From an uncultured Ruminococcus sp. (GTDB lineage Bacteria; Bacillota; Clostridia; Oscillospirales; CAG-272): DNA of 64,000 bases. Below are positions 43,851 to 53,823 of this stretch, piece by piece. The notes below the pieces were generated by a model, which did no database searches, was not told the origin of the DNA, and saw nothing but the letters and a program-made list of their open reading frames with translations. A program made the translations under genes and the position numbers. Where the stretch lies: assembly GCA_964621165.1 (NCBI GenBank), contig CAZULC010000012.1, positions 3,409-67,408 on the forward strand, written 5' to 3'. The stretch's first letter is position 1, and each line of letters opens with the position of its first letter.

Positions 43851-44069
43851 ATGATAAACAAAAAAGCTATAGATAAAATGCTCGAGCAACCCGACGAAAA
43901 GCTGATAATGATGCTGAAAATAGTGATGAGCGGCACCGGAATCGACTTTCCCGGGAAGAAAATCGACGAAAAAACCGTGAGGAAAATTCGCGCTCTGCTC
44001 TCGGAAATAACAGACGAGGACATCGAGCGAGTCACGTACCTGTCGGGCGTATATAAAAGCGGGGTCTGA
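43851..44069 (+). CDS. Small hypothetical protein
   Basis: AGGAGG RBS, 72 aa, first gene of a tightly spaced trio. Confidence 0.75.
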   Translation: MINKKAIDKMLEQPDEKLIMMLKIVMSGTGIDFPGKKIDEKTVRKIRALLSEITDEDIERVTYLSGVYKSGV

Positions 44070-44071
44070 TT

Positions 44072-44533
44072 ATGCCGGATGAAAACTACTCAAAAAATGA
44101 CATTTCATCAATAATCACAAAAATCATCCAAAATCCGGAATTTGCGGAGATGGTCAGCGGGATGAAGGGAAACGGTGAAAGTGCAGCCGGCGTTCAGCGT
44201 GAGATGCTGGATAACCTCCCCGGAGTCATGAGCATGGTCTCGCCTCTTGTTGGAGAAAAATCCGGAGACGGGTTCGGTGCGGACGCTCAGTCAACTCAAG
44301 CCGGCGGAAGTCCAGACTCGGACTCAGGCGGAACAAAGCAGACCGCAAAGGCCATGAATCCCGTGAAAACTTCAGGAAAATACGACAAGGGAAAGGCGGA
44401 AAAGCTGATGTACGCTCTCAAGCCATATCTTTCGCCGGGACGGTGCCAAATCATCGACAGATGCGTGTCGCTCATGCAGCTCACCGACGTGGTTGAGGCA
44501 TTCGGTGGGCTTGAGGGGCTGATGGGAAGGTAG
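44072..44533 (+). CDS. Hypothetical protein, possibly sporulation-associated
   Basis: C-terminal ALKPYLS..R...ID motif; 2-nt gap from the upstream gene. Confidence 0.7.
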   Translation: MPDENYSKNDISSIITKIIQNPEFAEMVSGMKGNGESAAGVQREMLDNLPGVMSMVSPLVGEKSGDGFGADAQSTQAGGSPDSDSGGTKQTAKAMNPVKTSGKYDKGKAEKLMYALKPYLSPGRCQIIDRCVSLMQLTDVVEAFGGLEGLMGR

Positions 44534-44959
44534 GTGGACTTGATTTACACCCGCGATTTCAACAGAAAAAGCTACACCCCTCCGCCGGGTTATGACGGAA
44601 ACGCTTTCAACGAGCAGAGGGAAATGTTTTCTTCCGCCGCGAAAGCCGAATATGTCAGGCGCGGTCCGGACGGCAGAGTTGACTACGGCTCATCCGGCAA
44701 AAATGACAGCGAATCTCACTTTGACGGGGAAATATACGACGAAATCCAGCCGGACAGCCCGGAAGAGCAAATCAGAGATGAATCGCACGAGGCAAAGCTG
44801 CACAGCCATGAAATCGAAGCCCTGTCGTCCCTCATAGAAAGTCTGCATGGCAGGTTCGGCAGTGAGGAGATGATAATCCTTCTCGTAATGCTCCTTGTGG
44901 CAAGCGACGGCATAGGTCCGGAAGTTCTGATTCTCGCTCTCATACTCATTGCCGGATGA
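44534..44959 (+). CDS. Hypothetical protein with C-terminal hydrophobic hairpin
   Basis: N-terminal PPGYDGNAF; C-terminal EEMIILLVMLLV..EVLILALILIAG. Confidence 0.7.
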   Translation: MDLIYTRDFNRKSYTPPPGYDGNAFNEQREMFSSAAKAEYVRRGPDGRVDYGSSGKNDSESHFDGEIYDEIQPDSPEEQIRDESHEAKLHSHEIEALSSLIESLHGRFGSEEMIILLVMLLVASDGIGPEVLILALILIAG

Positions 44960-45100
44960 CACCCTCCATGCGCTGATCTATGATTTAGACGAGGGAAAAC
45001 CTCCGTCAACGCACAAAACCGATGTGGGAAGTTCAAGCGATTCTCATGCAGGAATTCAGTTCAACTCAGATTTAATTATACTGTATATTTCACGCTGTCC

Positions 45101-46105
45101 TCATGCGGATAGGCCCGACAGTGAGATAAATTCACTTATATATTTGTAAATATACGAATACGGGTCGGAATACTTGAAGTTCAGACTGTCGCTGGCGTTA
45201 CCCGATATCTTGAACCGCATCGAAATTCTGCCGCCGTCAACGCTCATTACCGGTAAGTAACCCACGGCTTCGGCCAGAATCTCAAGAACAGCCGCAGGAT
45301 AAATCAGCTCCCTGTGACAGCGTGCAAGGTCTGTGAAATATCTGCATCTGCCCAAGAGGCTGTCGTTGGTTATGACGGAAAAATCCAAGCACACGCCTGT
45401 ACCCGAGCGGCCGGAGTAGTCCAAATTGACTGAAATCCGGTTGTCGCATGAGAAAAACGACAGGATGAACACTGCCGAAATAAAAGTATGCACAAGGACC
45501 TCGGGAAAAATCGGGTAAATCCCAATACTGCTGGTCTCGCTGTAGAGTATTTCCGGAGAGCCAAGACAGCCTTTTTCGCTGATTTTATCTATGATAGTGC
45601 CGCAGAACCGACGCAATTCCGCGTTATGTTCGTCAAATTCAATTTCGGCAGAGACTTTGCCGATTATGTCGGAGGAAGTTTTCGTCACCGCAAAGGCTTC
45701 AGGAGTGAGGTAGTCCCCGGGTTTGCCTTTGTCGTTCAGAATCCCGCCGGTGATTGACTGGTACAGCTGCTTGTCCGGAGAGAGTAGGGGCGCACATTCC
45801 ACGATTCCCGGCGCGAGAAAGATTATGTTCACGGTTCTGCCGTCACGCATATCCTTTTCGATAAAGATATGGGAATAAACCCGACCTCCCTTTGCGTGAA
45901 GCAGAGTGAACTGGGGCTTGTAGGGGTCAAACTCAACCTCGCAGAAGTTGTAGAACTCCAGTCTTTCGTCCTTGTGCAGGATGTTCAGTACGTCGTTTAT
46001 TGTAAGTTCGCTTTTATCTTTGCTGACTCTGGTAAGGTAATCAAATTCAGACGATAAAACCTCGGTTTTAGTGTCGCAGATTATATAGTCAAGACTGTTC
46101 GTCAT
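45101..46105 (-). CDS. Hypothetical protein with possible degenerate histidine-kinase ATPase (GHKL) fold
   Basis: 334 aa ORF with GGAG RBS; C-terminal hydrophobic pattern resembles HATPase_c but lacks the N and G boxes. Confidence 0.6.
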   Translation of the reverse strand: MTNSLDYIICDTKTEVLSSEFDYLTRVSKDKSELTINDVLNILHKDERLEFYNFCEVEFDPYKPQFTLLHAKGGRVYSHIFIEKDMRDGRTVNIIFLAPGIVECAPLLSPDKQLYQSITGGILNDKGKPGDYLTPEAFAVTKTSSDIIGKVSAEIEFDEHNAELRRFCGTIIDKISEKGCLGSPEILYSETSSIGIYPIFPEVLVHTFISAVFILSFFSCDNRISVNLDYSGRSGTGVCLDFSVITNDSLLGRCRYFTDLARCHRELIYPAAVLEILAEAVGYLPVMSVDGGRISMRFKISGNASDSLNFKYSDPYSYIYKYISEFISLSGLSA

Positions 46106-46119
46106 TTTTTAGTTTCTCC

Positions 46120-47409
46120 TTAATACCATCGCATTGCGTGACCGCCTTCGGTTTCTGCGTTGTCGTCAGGTGCGTCGTATGTTTCGTCCGTCTCATCCCA
46201 ACTGACGTAGTTGTCATCAGGCTCGTCCCAGCCGCTGTTGTAGTCATAATCAGGTTCAGCTGTTTCAGTTTCAGCCTCGGTTTCGCTGTCACTTGTTCCG
46301 TCGGCACGGCTGGCGTAGGGATTGGAAGTTTTGCTCCCTTCCTCTTCATCGAGAGCCGAAGCCGCTTTTGCATCCCCGCTTTCAGTCCCGCCGTCCCCCT
46401 CGTCACCTTCGCCGTCAACGACCGTACTTATAGAAGAATCCGCTGGTATGTCTCCCTCGAAGCAGATATTGTCCACACCGGCGGAGACACAGGCTTTGTA
46501 TACAACTGACGAATATATGTTGTCCTCAATCAAGACGTGCATGTTGTAAACGCTGAAAAGCCCCACAAGCGAGTTCAGCTCATGGGTTACGCTGTCGGAT
46601 TCGGCTGAGACAAGGCTGGGGTCGGAAAAGTCAAAGTAAACGGCGTAAAACGCGGCGCAGTCTTCGAGATTCTGTACCAGCTTAACTCCGTCGGAGCTTG
46701 AGATGCAGCTTGAGCTGAGGGCAAATCCTACATCACATCCGTTTATGTCGAGTGCGGAAGCATAGCTGTGGACGGCTTTGTAGTAGTCCTTTTCGTCGGA
46801 AAACTCGTCCGTCGGGTTAGGAATTTTGACAAGGACCCGGGTCACGCCGAGGGAATACAGCTCGTTTATGATAACGCTGTCCACAAAAGCGCCGTCTTGC
46901 GGAGAAACATCACCAAAGGTCGGCTCGATAATCGCGCATAAGGTGAGATTCTTTGCCCGTGCCGCAAGGGAAGCCGAGGTCAAAAGTCCGAACTTGCCGT
47001 TTGAGTCGGCGTAATCCGGCTGGCGCAGAGTCTGGCTCAGGGCAGGGGAGGAGTAGTAATAATTCCCGGCGCTGTCCGTTATGGTGAGGAAGACTGTGTT
47101 CGAGGCGCTGTCGATTGAGTTGAGCTTGAGTACAAGTGCGTCATTTTCGGAAAACGAGCCGAGATTTATTCCGACTCCGCTCATCGAAATTTTCGTGAAG
47201 TCAAACCCTCCGTCGTCTTCCGGCTCTTCCTCGGGTACGGACATAGTGAGGTTCTCTGATTCGGCTTCGGCGTTCTCGATTTTCACCTTAAGCCAGTTGC
47301 CGAGCAGGGCTGTGATTAATGTAATCGCAAGGGCGGCACAGATTACGAAAAATATGCGGAAAACCACCTTCGGAATCCTGCTGCCCGTGCGTCGTCTGTA
47401 GTATTTCAA
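46120..47409 (-). CDS. Membrane-anchored protein with putative glycoside-hydrolase-like TIM barrel and acidic tail
   Basis: Basic N-terminus plus TM; NTVFLTITDSAGNYYYSS; D/E-rich C-terminus. Confidence 0.6.
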   Translation of the reverse strand: MKYYRRRTGSRIPKVVFRIFFVICAALAITLITALLGNWLKVKIENAEAESENLTMSVPEEEPEDDGGFDFTKISMSGVGINLGSFSENDALVLKLNSIDSASNTVFLTITDSAGNYYYSSPALSQTLRQPDYADSNGKFGLLTSASLAARAKNLTLCAIIEPTFGDVSPQDGAFVDSVIINELYSLGVTRVLVKIPNPTDEFSDEKDYYKAVHSYASALDINGCDVGFALSSSCISSSDGVKLVQNLEDCAAFYAVYFDFSDPSLVSAESDSVTHELNSLVGLFSVYNMHVLIEDNIYSSVVYKACVSAGVDNICFEGDIPADSSISTVVDGEGDEGDGGTESGDAKAASALDEEEGSKTSNPYASRADGTSDSETEAETETAEPDYDYNSGWDEPDDNYVSWDETDETYDAPDDNAETEGGHAMRWY

Positions 47410-47456
47410 TGTGTTTACCGTTGATTCATTATAAATTTATTCAGCTTTGAAATATC

Positions 47457-48479
47457 TCAGTCGTCCATTGACATGCTGAAAATTGAGTAATTGTCAAGAG
47501 CCGCTGTCTTCTTGGCCGTCAGATTTTTCTCTTTTTCCTCCAGAATCAGATTGAACTGACCACGGATGTAGTCCTGCGCAAGGGTATCGAAGTGTTCCTC
47601 CATGTACTCGGGATCCTTTTCGTACCGTTTCAGGATGCTGTAGCCCGCGCTGGTTCTGATGATTCCGCTGTACTCTCCCACCTCAAGTGAAAAAGCGGCT
47701 TCCTCGAATTCCTCAAAATACGTGCCGTGGGAGACATAATAGCCGTCGTCGTTGTTGAACAGGTATAAATCCCCGCCGTACTTCTGTATCAGCTCGTCAA
47801 AATCCTCGCCTGACTCAACCTTATCAAGCAGCTCCTCGGCGTAGGCTAAGTTTTCCTCGTCGGTTTTGCCGTTGTCCGATGGAACAAGAAGCTGCTTCAC
47901 ATGGACAAACTCGTCGCTTGTGAGAATGGCTTCAATCTCGTCATGTGAGGACGCTATAGTGCCGTCGGATGCCATCTTGTTGATCAGCTCCTCGGCCAAA
48001 ACATCATTTTTCGTGATGAACCGGTAGACGTTGTCGGTCATGTAGTAGCCTGCGATGTCCTCGTTGTAAGCCTCGTAGTCGTCGCCGTAGGTCTCATAAA
48101 TCGCGTTCATCTTGAGATCCACCGTGTCGTCGAAGTAACTGTCGCTGGGCTTTATTCCGTAGTCCTCGCATACCACCATTGTAGTGTACATGTGAATAAT
48201 AGTCTCGTCAATCCGGTTCTCAAGCTCACGTACAAGTTCCTCACTGCCCTCGCCGACCCATGCCGACGCCCCGTGAACGGATTCCATGTCGTCTTTTGTG
48301 TTGAGAGCAACATATCTGTAAAGCTCCAGAGGAACGTCGTACCCGTCAACCACCATGACCACGGTTTTTTCTTCTTTCGTACTCTCGAGAACCTTCTTTT
48401 TGTCTCCGCAGGAGGAAGCGGCTGTTGACAGTAGAACGGCGCACAGGACCAGAGCGGAAATTCTATGACTAAGCTTCAT
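47457..48479 (-). CDS. PrsA-like peptidylprolyl isomerase lipoprotein (parvulin)
   Basis: Lipobox-like SSC; VHVKQLLV, GEDFDELIQKYG, FEEAAFSLEVGEYSGII..GYSIL. Confidence 0.85.
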   Translation of the reverse strand: MKLSHRISALVLCAVLLSTAASSCGDKKKVLESTKEEKTVVMVVDGYDVPLELYRYVALNTKDDMESVHGASAWVGEGSEELVRELENRIDETIIHMYTTMVVCEDYGIKPSDSYFDDTVDLKMNAIYETYGDDYEAYNEDIAGYYMTDNVYRFITKNDVLAEELINKMASDGTIASSHDEIEAILTSDEFVHVKQLLVPSDNGKTDEENLAYAEELLDKVESGEDFDELIQKYGGDLYLFNNDDGYYVSHGTYFEEFEEAAFSLEVGEYSGIIRTSAGYSILKRYEKDPEYMEEHFDTLAQDYIRGQFNLILEEKEKNLTAKKTAALDNYSIFSMSMDD

Positions 48480-48668
48480 TATTATATATCCTTCTTTATA
48501 ATAGATTCGTTAAATGAAAACACAAATATACAATTTATACTATATCAAAGTAAGATGAACATATTGTTAACGGGAATGGGCAATTCGGTAAAATATACTG
48601 CACTTGAAGACAATTTCGACATTCATGCGTACAAAGCCGGTTTTTTGCATAAAATCAGCTCCAAACCA

Positions 48669-48721
48669 TGTCGAAAATTGCCGAATCCGCTCTTGACAAA
48701 CGCCGTGCAAGGTGATATAAT
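48669..48721 (+). promoter_or_regulatory. Sigma-A promoter of GSIII preceded by tandem 0A boxes
   Basis: TGTCGAA-aat-TGCCGAA (48669-48685); TTGACA(48693)-17 nt-TATAAT. Confidence 0.7.
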
Positions 48722-48779
48722 CAACTCGTTTAGTGAATCTAACAAATTTAACATATTATATACGGGGTGTTATGTAATA

Positions 48780-50876
48780 ATGAATACGGTAACTGAAATT
48801 TTCGCTTCAATGGTGTTCGACGACAAGACGATGGAAGCCCGTCTGCCAAAGGAAACCTACAAGGCTCTCCAGCGCACCATAAAGAGCGGCAAGCACCTTG
48901 ACACCGAAGTTGCCACAGTTGTCGCAAACGCCATGAAGGACTGGGCAATAGAAAAAGGCGCTACCCACTTCACCCACTGGTTCCAGCCCATGACGGGAAT
49001 CACCGCCGAAAAGCACGACAGCTTTATCTCCCCCAGAGCCGACGGCAAGGTCATAATGGAATTCTCCGGCAAGGAGCTGATTCAGGGCGAGAGCGACGCT
49101 TCATCTTTCCCCTCAGGAGGTCTGCGCGCTACATTTGAGGCGAGAGGCTATACCGCATGGGACGCGACCTCGTACGCCTTCATCAAGGACGGGGTTCTCT
49201 GCATTCCCACCGTGTTCTGCTCCTACGGTGGCGAGGCACTTGACCAAAAAACCGCGCTTCTCCGCTCAATGGAGGCAATAAACCGTCAGACAATGCGGGT
49301 TTTGAAGCTCTTCGGCAACTCCGACGTGACCTCAATCAAAACCACCGTTGGTCCCGAGCAGGAGTATTTCCTCATCGACAAGGACCTCTACGACAAACGG
49401 GAGGACCTCATATTCACGGGACGGACTCTCTTCGGCTCACGTGCGCCCAAGGGTCAGGAGCTTGACGACCACTACTTCGGCGCAATCAAGCCCCGGGTTG
49501 CCGCGTTCATGAAGGAAATCAACACGGAGCTGTGGAAGTTAGGGGTGCTGGCCAAAACCGAACACAACGAAGCCGCTCCCGCACAGCACGAAATGGCTCC
49601 GATCTACAACACGAATAATATCTCCGCCGACCACAACCAGCTCACAATGGAGATAATGCAGAAAACGGCGAAGAAATACAATATGGTGTGTCTTCTCCAC
49701 GAAAAACCCTTTGCCGGAGTCAACGGAAGCGGCAAGCACAATAACTGGTCCATCACCACAAACACCGGCGTGAACCTTCTCGAGCCGGGCGAGACCCCTT
49801 ACGAAAACGCACAGTTCCTCCTGTTCCTCTGCGCCGTAATCAAGGCGGTTGACGAATATCAGGATCTTTTGCGCATTTCAGTCGCGTCCGCCGGAAACGA
49901 CCACAGACTTGGCTCAAACGAAGCCCCGCCGGCTATCGTGTCAATGTTCCTCGGCACGGACCTTTCCGAAATCCTCGAAGCCATAGAGCGGGACGAAAAG
50001 TACGACCCGAAGCAGAAGGACCTCATGCGAATCGGCGTCCACACCCTGCCGAAGTTTCCCCGTGACGCCACCGACCGCAACCGCACCAGCCCCTTCGCCT
50101 TCACCGGAAATAAATTCGAGTTCCGCATGCTTGGCTCCTCGGCTTCAATCTCCGACTGCAATGTAGTCATCAACACAGCCGTTGCGGAGGAATTACGCCA
50201 GTTTGCGGATGAGCTTGAGTCGGCTGAGAACTTCCAGAAATCCCTCCACTGCCTCATCAGACGGACCATAACTGAGCACAAGCGCATCATCTTCAACGGC
50301 GACGGCTACGACGAGGCATGGATCAGGGAGGCGGAAAAGCGTGGACTTTTGAACCTGCGCACCACTCCCGAAGCCCTCGAGCACATGCTTGACGAGAAGA
50401 ACATCAACCTTTTCGCCGAACACAAGGTCTACAGCATGACGGAGCTCTCTGCAAGGCACGAGGTAATCCTCGAAAACTACTGTAAAATCGTGAACATCGA
50501 AGCCCTGACAATGCTTGACATGGCGAAAAAGAACATCCTCCCGTCCATGAGCGAGTATACGTACAAGCTGACGAAAGCCGCGCAGCATAAAATCGAGCTG
50601 TTCGGAAACAAATCGGTGTGCGCCTACGAGATGAAAACCACTGAAACAATCTGCGCCCTCCTGAACAAAGCCCACGAAGCGGCAGTGAAGCTCGAGGAAG
50701 ACCTCAGCGGAGCCAAGTCAATCTTCGGCGTGGAAGCTCAGGCAAAATACTACTGCGAAACCATAATCCCCGATATGGCCGCCCTCCGCTCCCCTGTGGA
50801 TGAGATGGAGACGATTGCAGACAGAAAAGCATGGCGCTATCCCACCTACGGCGAGTTGCTGTTCAGCGTGAGATAA
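48780..50876 (+). CDS. glnN: Glutamine synthetase type III
   Basis: THFTHWFQP, AEKHDSF, DASSFPSGGLR, GPEQEYF, HEKPFAGVNGSGKHNNW, DRNRTSPFAFTGNKFEFR. Confidence 0.95.
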   Translation: MNTVTEIFASMVFDDKTMEARLPKETYKALQRTIKSGKHLDTEVATVVANAMKDWAIEKGATHFTHWFQPMTGITAEKHDSFISPRADGKVIMEFSGKELIQGESDASSFPSGGLRATFEARGYTAWDATSYAFIKDGVLCIPTVFCSYGGEALDQKTALLRSMEAINRQTMRVLKLFGNSDVTSIKTTVGPEQEYFLIDKDLYDKREDLIFTGRTLFGSRAPKGQELDDHYFGAIKPRVAAFMKEINTELWKLGVLAKTEHNEAAPAQHEMAPIYNTNNISADHNQLTMEIMQKTAKKYNMVCLLHEKPFAGVNGSGKHNNWSITTNTGVNLLEPGETPYENAQFLLFLCAVIKAVDEYQDLLRISVASAGNDHRLGSNEAPPAIVSMFLGTDLSEILEAIERDEKYDPKQKDLMRIGVHTLPKFPRDATDRNRTSPFAFTGNKFEFRMLGSSASISDCNVVINTAVAEELRQFADELESAENFQKSLHCLIRRTITEHKRIIFNGDGYDEAWIREAEKRGLLNLRTTPEALEHMLDEKNINLFAEHKVYSMTELSARHEVILENYCKIVNIEALTMLDMAKKNILPSMSEYTYKLTKAAQHKIELFGNKSVCAYEMKTTETICALLNKAHEAAVKLEEDLSGAKSIFGVEAQAKYYCETIIPDMAALRSPVDEMETIADRKAWRYPTYGELLFSVR

Positions 50877-50960
50877 AATAAACTGAGTCGGATGAAGTTA
50901 AATCAAAATCCGGCTTTTTTGTATCCCAAGTAAACCTGGAATAACTGTATCTACTCTGTT

Positions 50961-50989
50961 ATTTTACCACATCCGCCTGTTTTTGTCAA
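50961..50989 (-). promoter_or_regulatory. Orphan sigma-A promoter pointing toward the 3' end of GSIII
   Basis: Minus strand TTGACA-17 nt-TAAAAT with extended TG. Confidence 0.7.
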
Positions 50990-50992
50990 CGA

Positions 50993-51026
50993 AAAATCCC
51001 ACATGCCATATGACAAAGTGGGAGTT
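50993..51026 (-). terminator. Terminator of the oxoacid:ferredoxin oxidoreductase operon
   Basis: Minus strand tcccac..gtggga stem plus T5. Confidence 0.65.
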
Positions 51027-51043
51027 ATTATTATTTTATTACC

Positions 51044-51574
51044 TTACACATCAAAGCCCATTCTGAGCGCCTTTTTGTTCTTCTCAATCAGCGCCGCCTT
51101 AGCCGGAGGAATGCTGGACAACAAAAAGCTCTCGAAGTCGTCGTAGTCGAAAATGCCCGTCTCTTTCAGAATCTTGCCAAGGATTATCACGTTGGCAAAT
51201 CCCGCCAGTCCGTTTTCATCCGCCATAGCCGACGCCGGAATGTACACCGCCTTGATGTCGTCCCGCGCGGATTTTTTGTCAACCATGGTGGAGTCGCAAA
51301 ACATCACGCCGCCGGGCGCAACCTTTGGCTCAAACTTATCAAACGAGGGCTTGTTCATCACCACAAGAATGTCGGGGGATGTCACGCTTGGTGAGCCGAT
51401 TTCCTCGTCGGATATAACTACCGTGCAGTTGGAAGTGCCGCCGCGCATTTCCGGTCCGTAGGAGGGCAGGAACGTCACGTTTTTGTCCGCGTGCATTCCC
51501 GTCTTTGCCATCTGCTTGCCGGAGAACTGGATTCCCTGACCGCCGCTTCCCGCGAAAATTATACGAGTCGTCAT
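51044..51574 (-). CDS. 2-oxoacid:ferredoxin oxidoreductase gamma subunit
   Basis: [21 protein letters not shown]. Confidence 0.93.
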   Translation of the reverse strand: MTTRIIFAGSGGQGIQFSGKQMAKTGMHADKNVTFLPSYGPEMRGGTSNCTVVISDEEIGSPSVTSPDILVVMNKPSFDKFEPKVAPGGVMFCDSTMVDKKSARDDIKAVYIPASAMADENGLAGFANVIILGKILKETGIFDYDDFESFLLSSIPPAKAALIEKNKKALRMGFDV

Positions 51575-52362
51575 TGTACATTCTCCTTTCCCGCGTTGAG
51601 ACCTTCACAGTTGTCCTCACGCAGAGCCTCGCTGTCCTTGTAAATTCCCAACGGATAGTAGGGAATCATGTTCTCCCTCAGCCAAGCCAGCGCGTCAACC
51701 GGAGCCAGACCCCAGTTTGTGGGACAGGTGGACAAAACCTCGACAATTGAAAATCCCTTGCACTGAATCTGGTTCTCAAATGCTTTCTTTATCATTTTCT
51801 TCGCGTTGTTGACGTTCTTCGGGCAGTCGACTGACACACGTGCAGCCAAAGCCACGCCGTCGAGGGTCGAGAGCATTTCGCAAACTTTGATCGGGCTTCC
51901 CTGAATGTTTCTCTTACGTCCGTAGGGTGTGGTAGTTGTAACCTGACCCGGGATGGTTGTGGGAGCCATCTGTCCGCCGGTCATGCCGTAGATACAGTTG
52001 TTTATGAAAATTATGGTGATGTTCTCGCCACGGGTAGCCGCGTGAACCGTCTCGGCAGTTCCGATAGCAGCAAGGTCGCCGTCTCCCTGATATGTGAATA
52101 CTACGGTGTCGGGATGAGTTCTCTTTACACCGGTGGCAACCGCCGGAGCACGTCCATGAGCTGCCTCGATCATGTCGCAGTTGAAGTAGTTGTAGGCGAA
52201 TACTGAACAACCTACGGGTGCGATTCCCACTGTTCTTCCTTCCACGCCCAGCTCGTCGATTACCTCAGCCACAAGCCGGTGAACGATTCCGTGGGTGCAT
52301 CCGGGACAGTAGTGAAGTGGTACGTCAGTCAATGACGCGGGTCTGTCAAATACTGTTTTCAT
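51571..52362 (-). CDS. 2-oxoacid:ferredoxin oxidoreductase beta subunit (TPP-binding)
   Basis: [30 protein letters not shown]. Confidence 0.93.
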   Translation of the reverse strand: MKTVFDRPASLTDVPLHYCPGCTHGIVHRLVAEVIDELGVEGRTVGIAPVGCSVFAYNYFNCDMIEAAHGRAPAVATGVKRTHPDTVVFTYQGDGDLAAIGTAETVHAATRGENITIIFINNCIYGMTGGQMAPTTIPGQVTTTTPYGRKRNIQGSPIKVCEMLSTLDGVALAARVSVDCPKNVNNAKKMIKKAFENQIQCKGFSIVEVLSTCPTNWGLAPVDALAWLRENMIPYYPLGIYKDSEALREDNCEGLNAGKENVQ

Positions 52363-52410
52363 TTTTATCTCCAAATATTACTATCAAGTTTAATGTAATG
52401 CTTCTATGAA

Positions 52411-53472
52411 TCAAAGAGTTTCGTTGATCTTCTTGAGTTCGCTGTAAATCTCGTCAACTGAGGGAATAATGCCGCCGGTGCGTCCGAAGAAATACACGGG
52501 CTTCTTGCCGTTTACCGCCAGACGAACGTCGTCTACCATCTGTCCCATTGACATTTCCACGGACAGGAACACTTTCGCATGGTCGGCAAGGGACGAGATA
52601 ATCTTCTTAGGGAATGGCCAGAGGGTAATCGGGCGGAGGAGTCCGGCTTTGATACCGTTCTGTCTTGCCTCGGCTACTGCACTCTTCGCTATACGGGATG
52701 TGATGCCGAATGCCGTGATGATGATGTCCGCGTCGTCTGTCATGTATTCCTCGTATTTGACCTCGTTCTCCTCAGCCTTCGCGTATCTCTTGTACCGCGC
52801 GAGGATTGAATTCTCCAGCTCGTTGGGGTCGATGAAGAGGGAGTTGATGATGTTCTTCTCTCTCTTTCCGCCGTGACCGTTTGCAGCCCATGTCTTCTCG
52901 GGTAAATCCCGCTTAGGGAAGGAAGTGAAGTCAACCGGCTCCATCATCTGACCGAGCGCACCGTCGGCTAAAAGCATTGCAGGCATACGGTATTCGTCAG
53001 CTAAGTTGAACGCCTCGGACGTGAGAGTCGCCATCTCCTGAACCGACGAGGGTGCCAGAACAAACAGCCGCAGATCCCCGTGACCTACTCCCCGTGTTGC
53101 CTGATAATAGTCCTGCTGTGAAGGCTGAATGCCGCCGAGACCCGGACCGCCGCGCTGTACGTTGACGATAAGGCAGGGCAGATCGCATCCGGCTATGTAT
53201 GAAATTCCCTCGCTCTTCAGTGCGATTCCGGGTGAGGATGAGGACGTCATTGCTCTCGAGCCGGCAGAGGACGCGCCCATGAGCATGTTGATAGCCGCAA
53301 CCTCGCTCTCAGCCTGTAAGCAGAGTCCGCCGACCTTTGGCATGCGCTTGGCCATGTATTCGGCGATTTCCGTCTGAGGCGTTATAGGATAACCGAAAAA
53401 GTATAAACAACCTGAAGCGATAGCCGCCTCAGCTATAGCCTCATTGCCTTTCATCAAAACCTTTTTTCCCAT
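52411..53472 (-). CDS. 2-oxoacid:ferredoxin oxidoreductase alpha subunit (VorB-like)
   Basis: KGNEA, GYPITPQ, QAESE, TSSSSPG, RGGPGLG. Confidence 0.93.
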   Translation of the reverse strand: MGKKVLMKGNEAIAEAAIASGCLYFFGYPITPQTEIAEYMAKRMPKVGGLCLQAESEVAAINMLMGASSAGSRAMTSSSSPGIALKSEGISYIAGCDLPCLIVNVQRGGPGLGGIQPSQQDYYQATRGVGHGDLRLFVLAPSSVQEMATLTSEAFNLADEYRMPAMLLADGALGQMMEPVDFTSFPKRDLPEKTWAANGHGGKREKNIINSLFIDPNELENSILARYKRYAKAEENEVKYEEYMTDDADIIITAFGITSRIAKSAVAEARQNGIKAGLLRPITLWPFPKKIISSLADHAKVFLSVEMSMGQMVDDVRLAVNGKKPVYFFGRTGGIIPSVDEIYSELKKINETL

Positions 53473-53565
53473 TATGTTTATCTCCTGTAAGTATTTCCTG
53501 TGAATGATTTTGGGTATAACTTCGTGTGAAATCAGCTGACTTGATTTTTGGTTAAGCTGTATATT

Positions 53566-53778
53566 TCACACGTCTTTCTCGACCTTGATTACGCAGTCGG
53601 GACACATTGTAGCGCACATGGCACAGGCGATACACTTCGTCATGTCGACCACGTAAACCGGGTGGTATCCTTTTGCGTTGAGAGTACCGTTGTCCAGCGC
53701 GAGAATCTTCTTCGGACATACGCTCACGCATAAGCCGCAGCTCTTGCATCTCTCGCTTCTGATTGTGATTTTGTTCAT
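53566..53778 (-). CDS. 2x[4Fe-4S] ferredoxin (delta subunit)
   Basis: CKSCGLCVSVCP and CIACAMCATMCP. Confidence 0.92.
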   Translation of the reverse strand: MNKITIRSERCKSCGLCVSVCPKKILALDNGTLNAKGYHPVYVVDMTKCIACAMCATMCPDCVIKVEKDV

Positions 53779-53823
53779 CTTTACCTCCAATATACTGTAA
53801 ATGGTATCAAATTATAAGCTCCG

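Noticed and set aside
48465-48779. 105-aa N-terminal extension of GSIII in the ORF track (likewise 43745-44035 for the phosphoesterase)
   Set aside because: The extension runs through promoter DNA or an opposite-strand gene; family homology starts at the downstream ATG.
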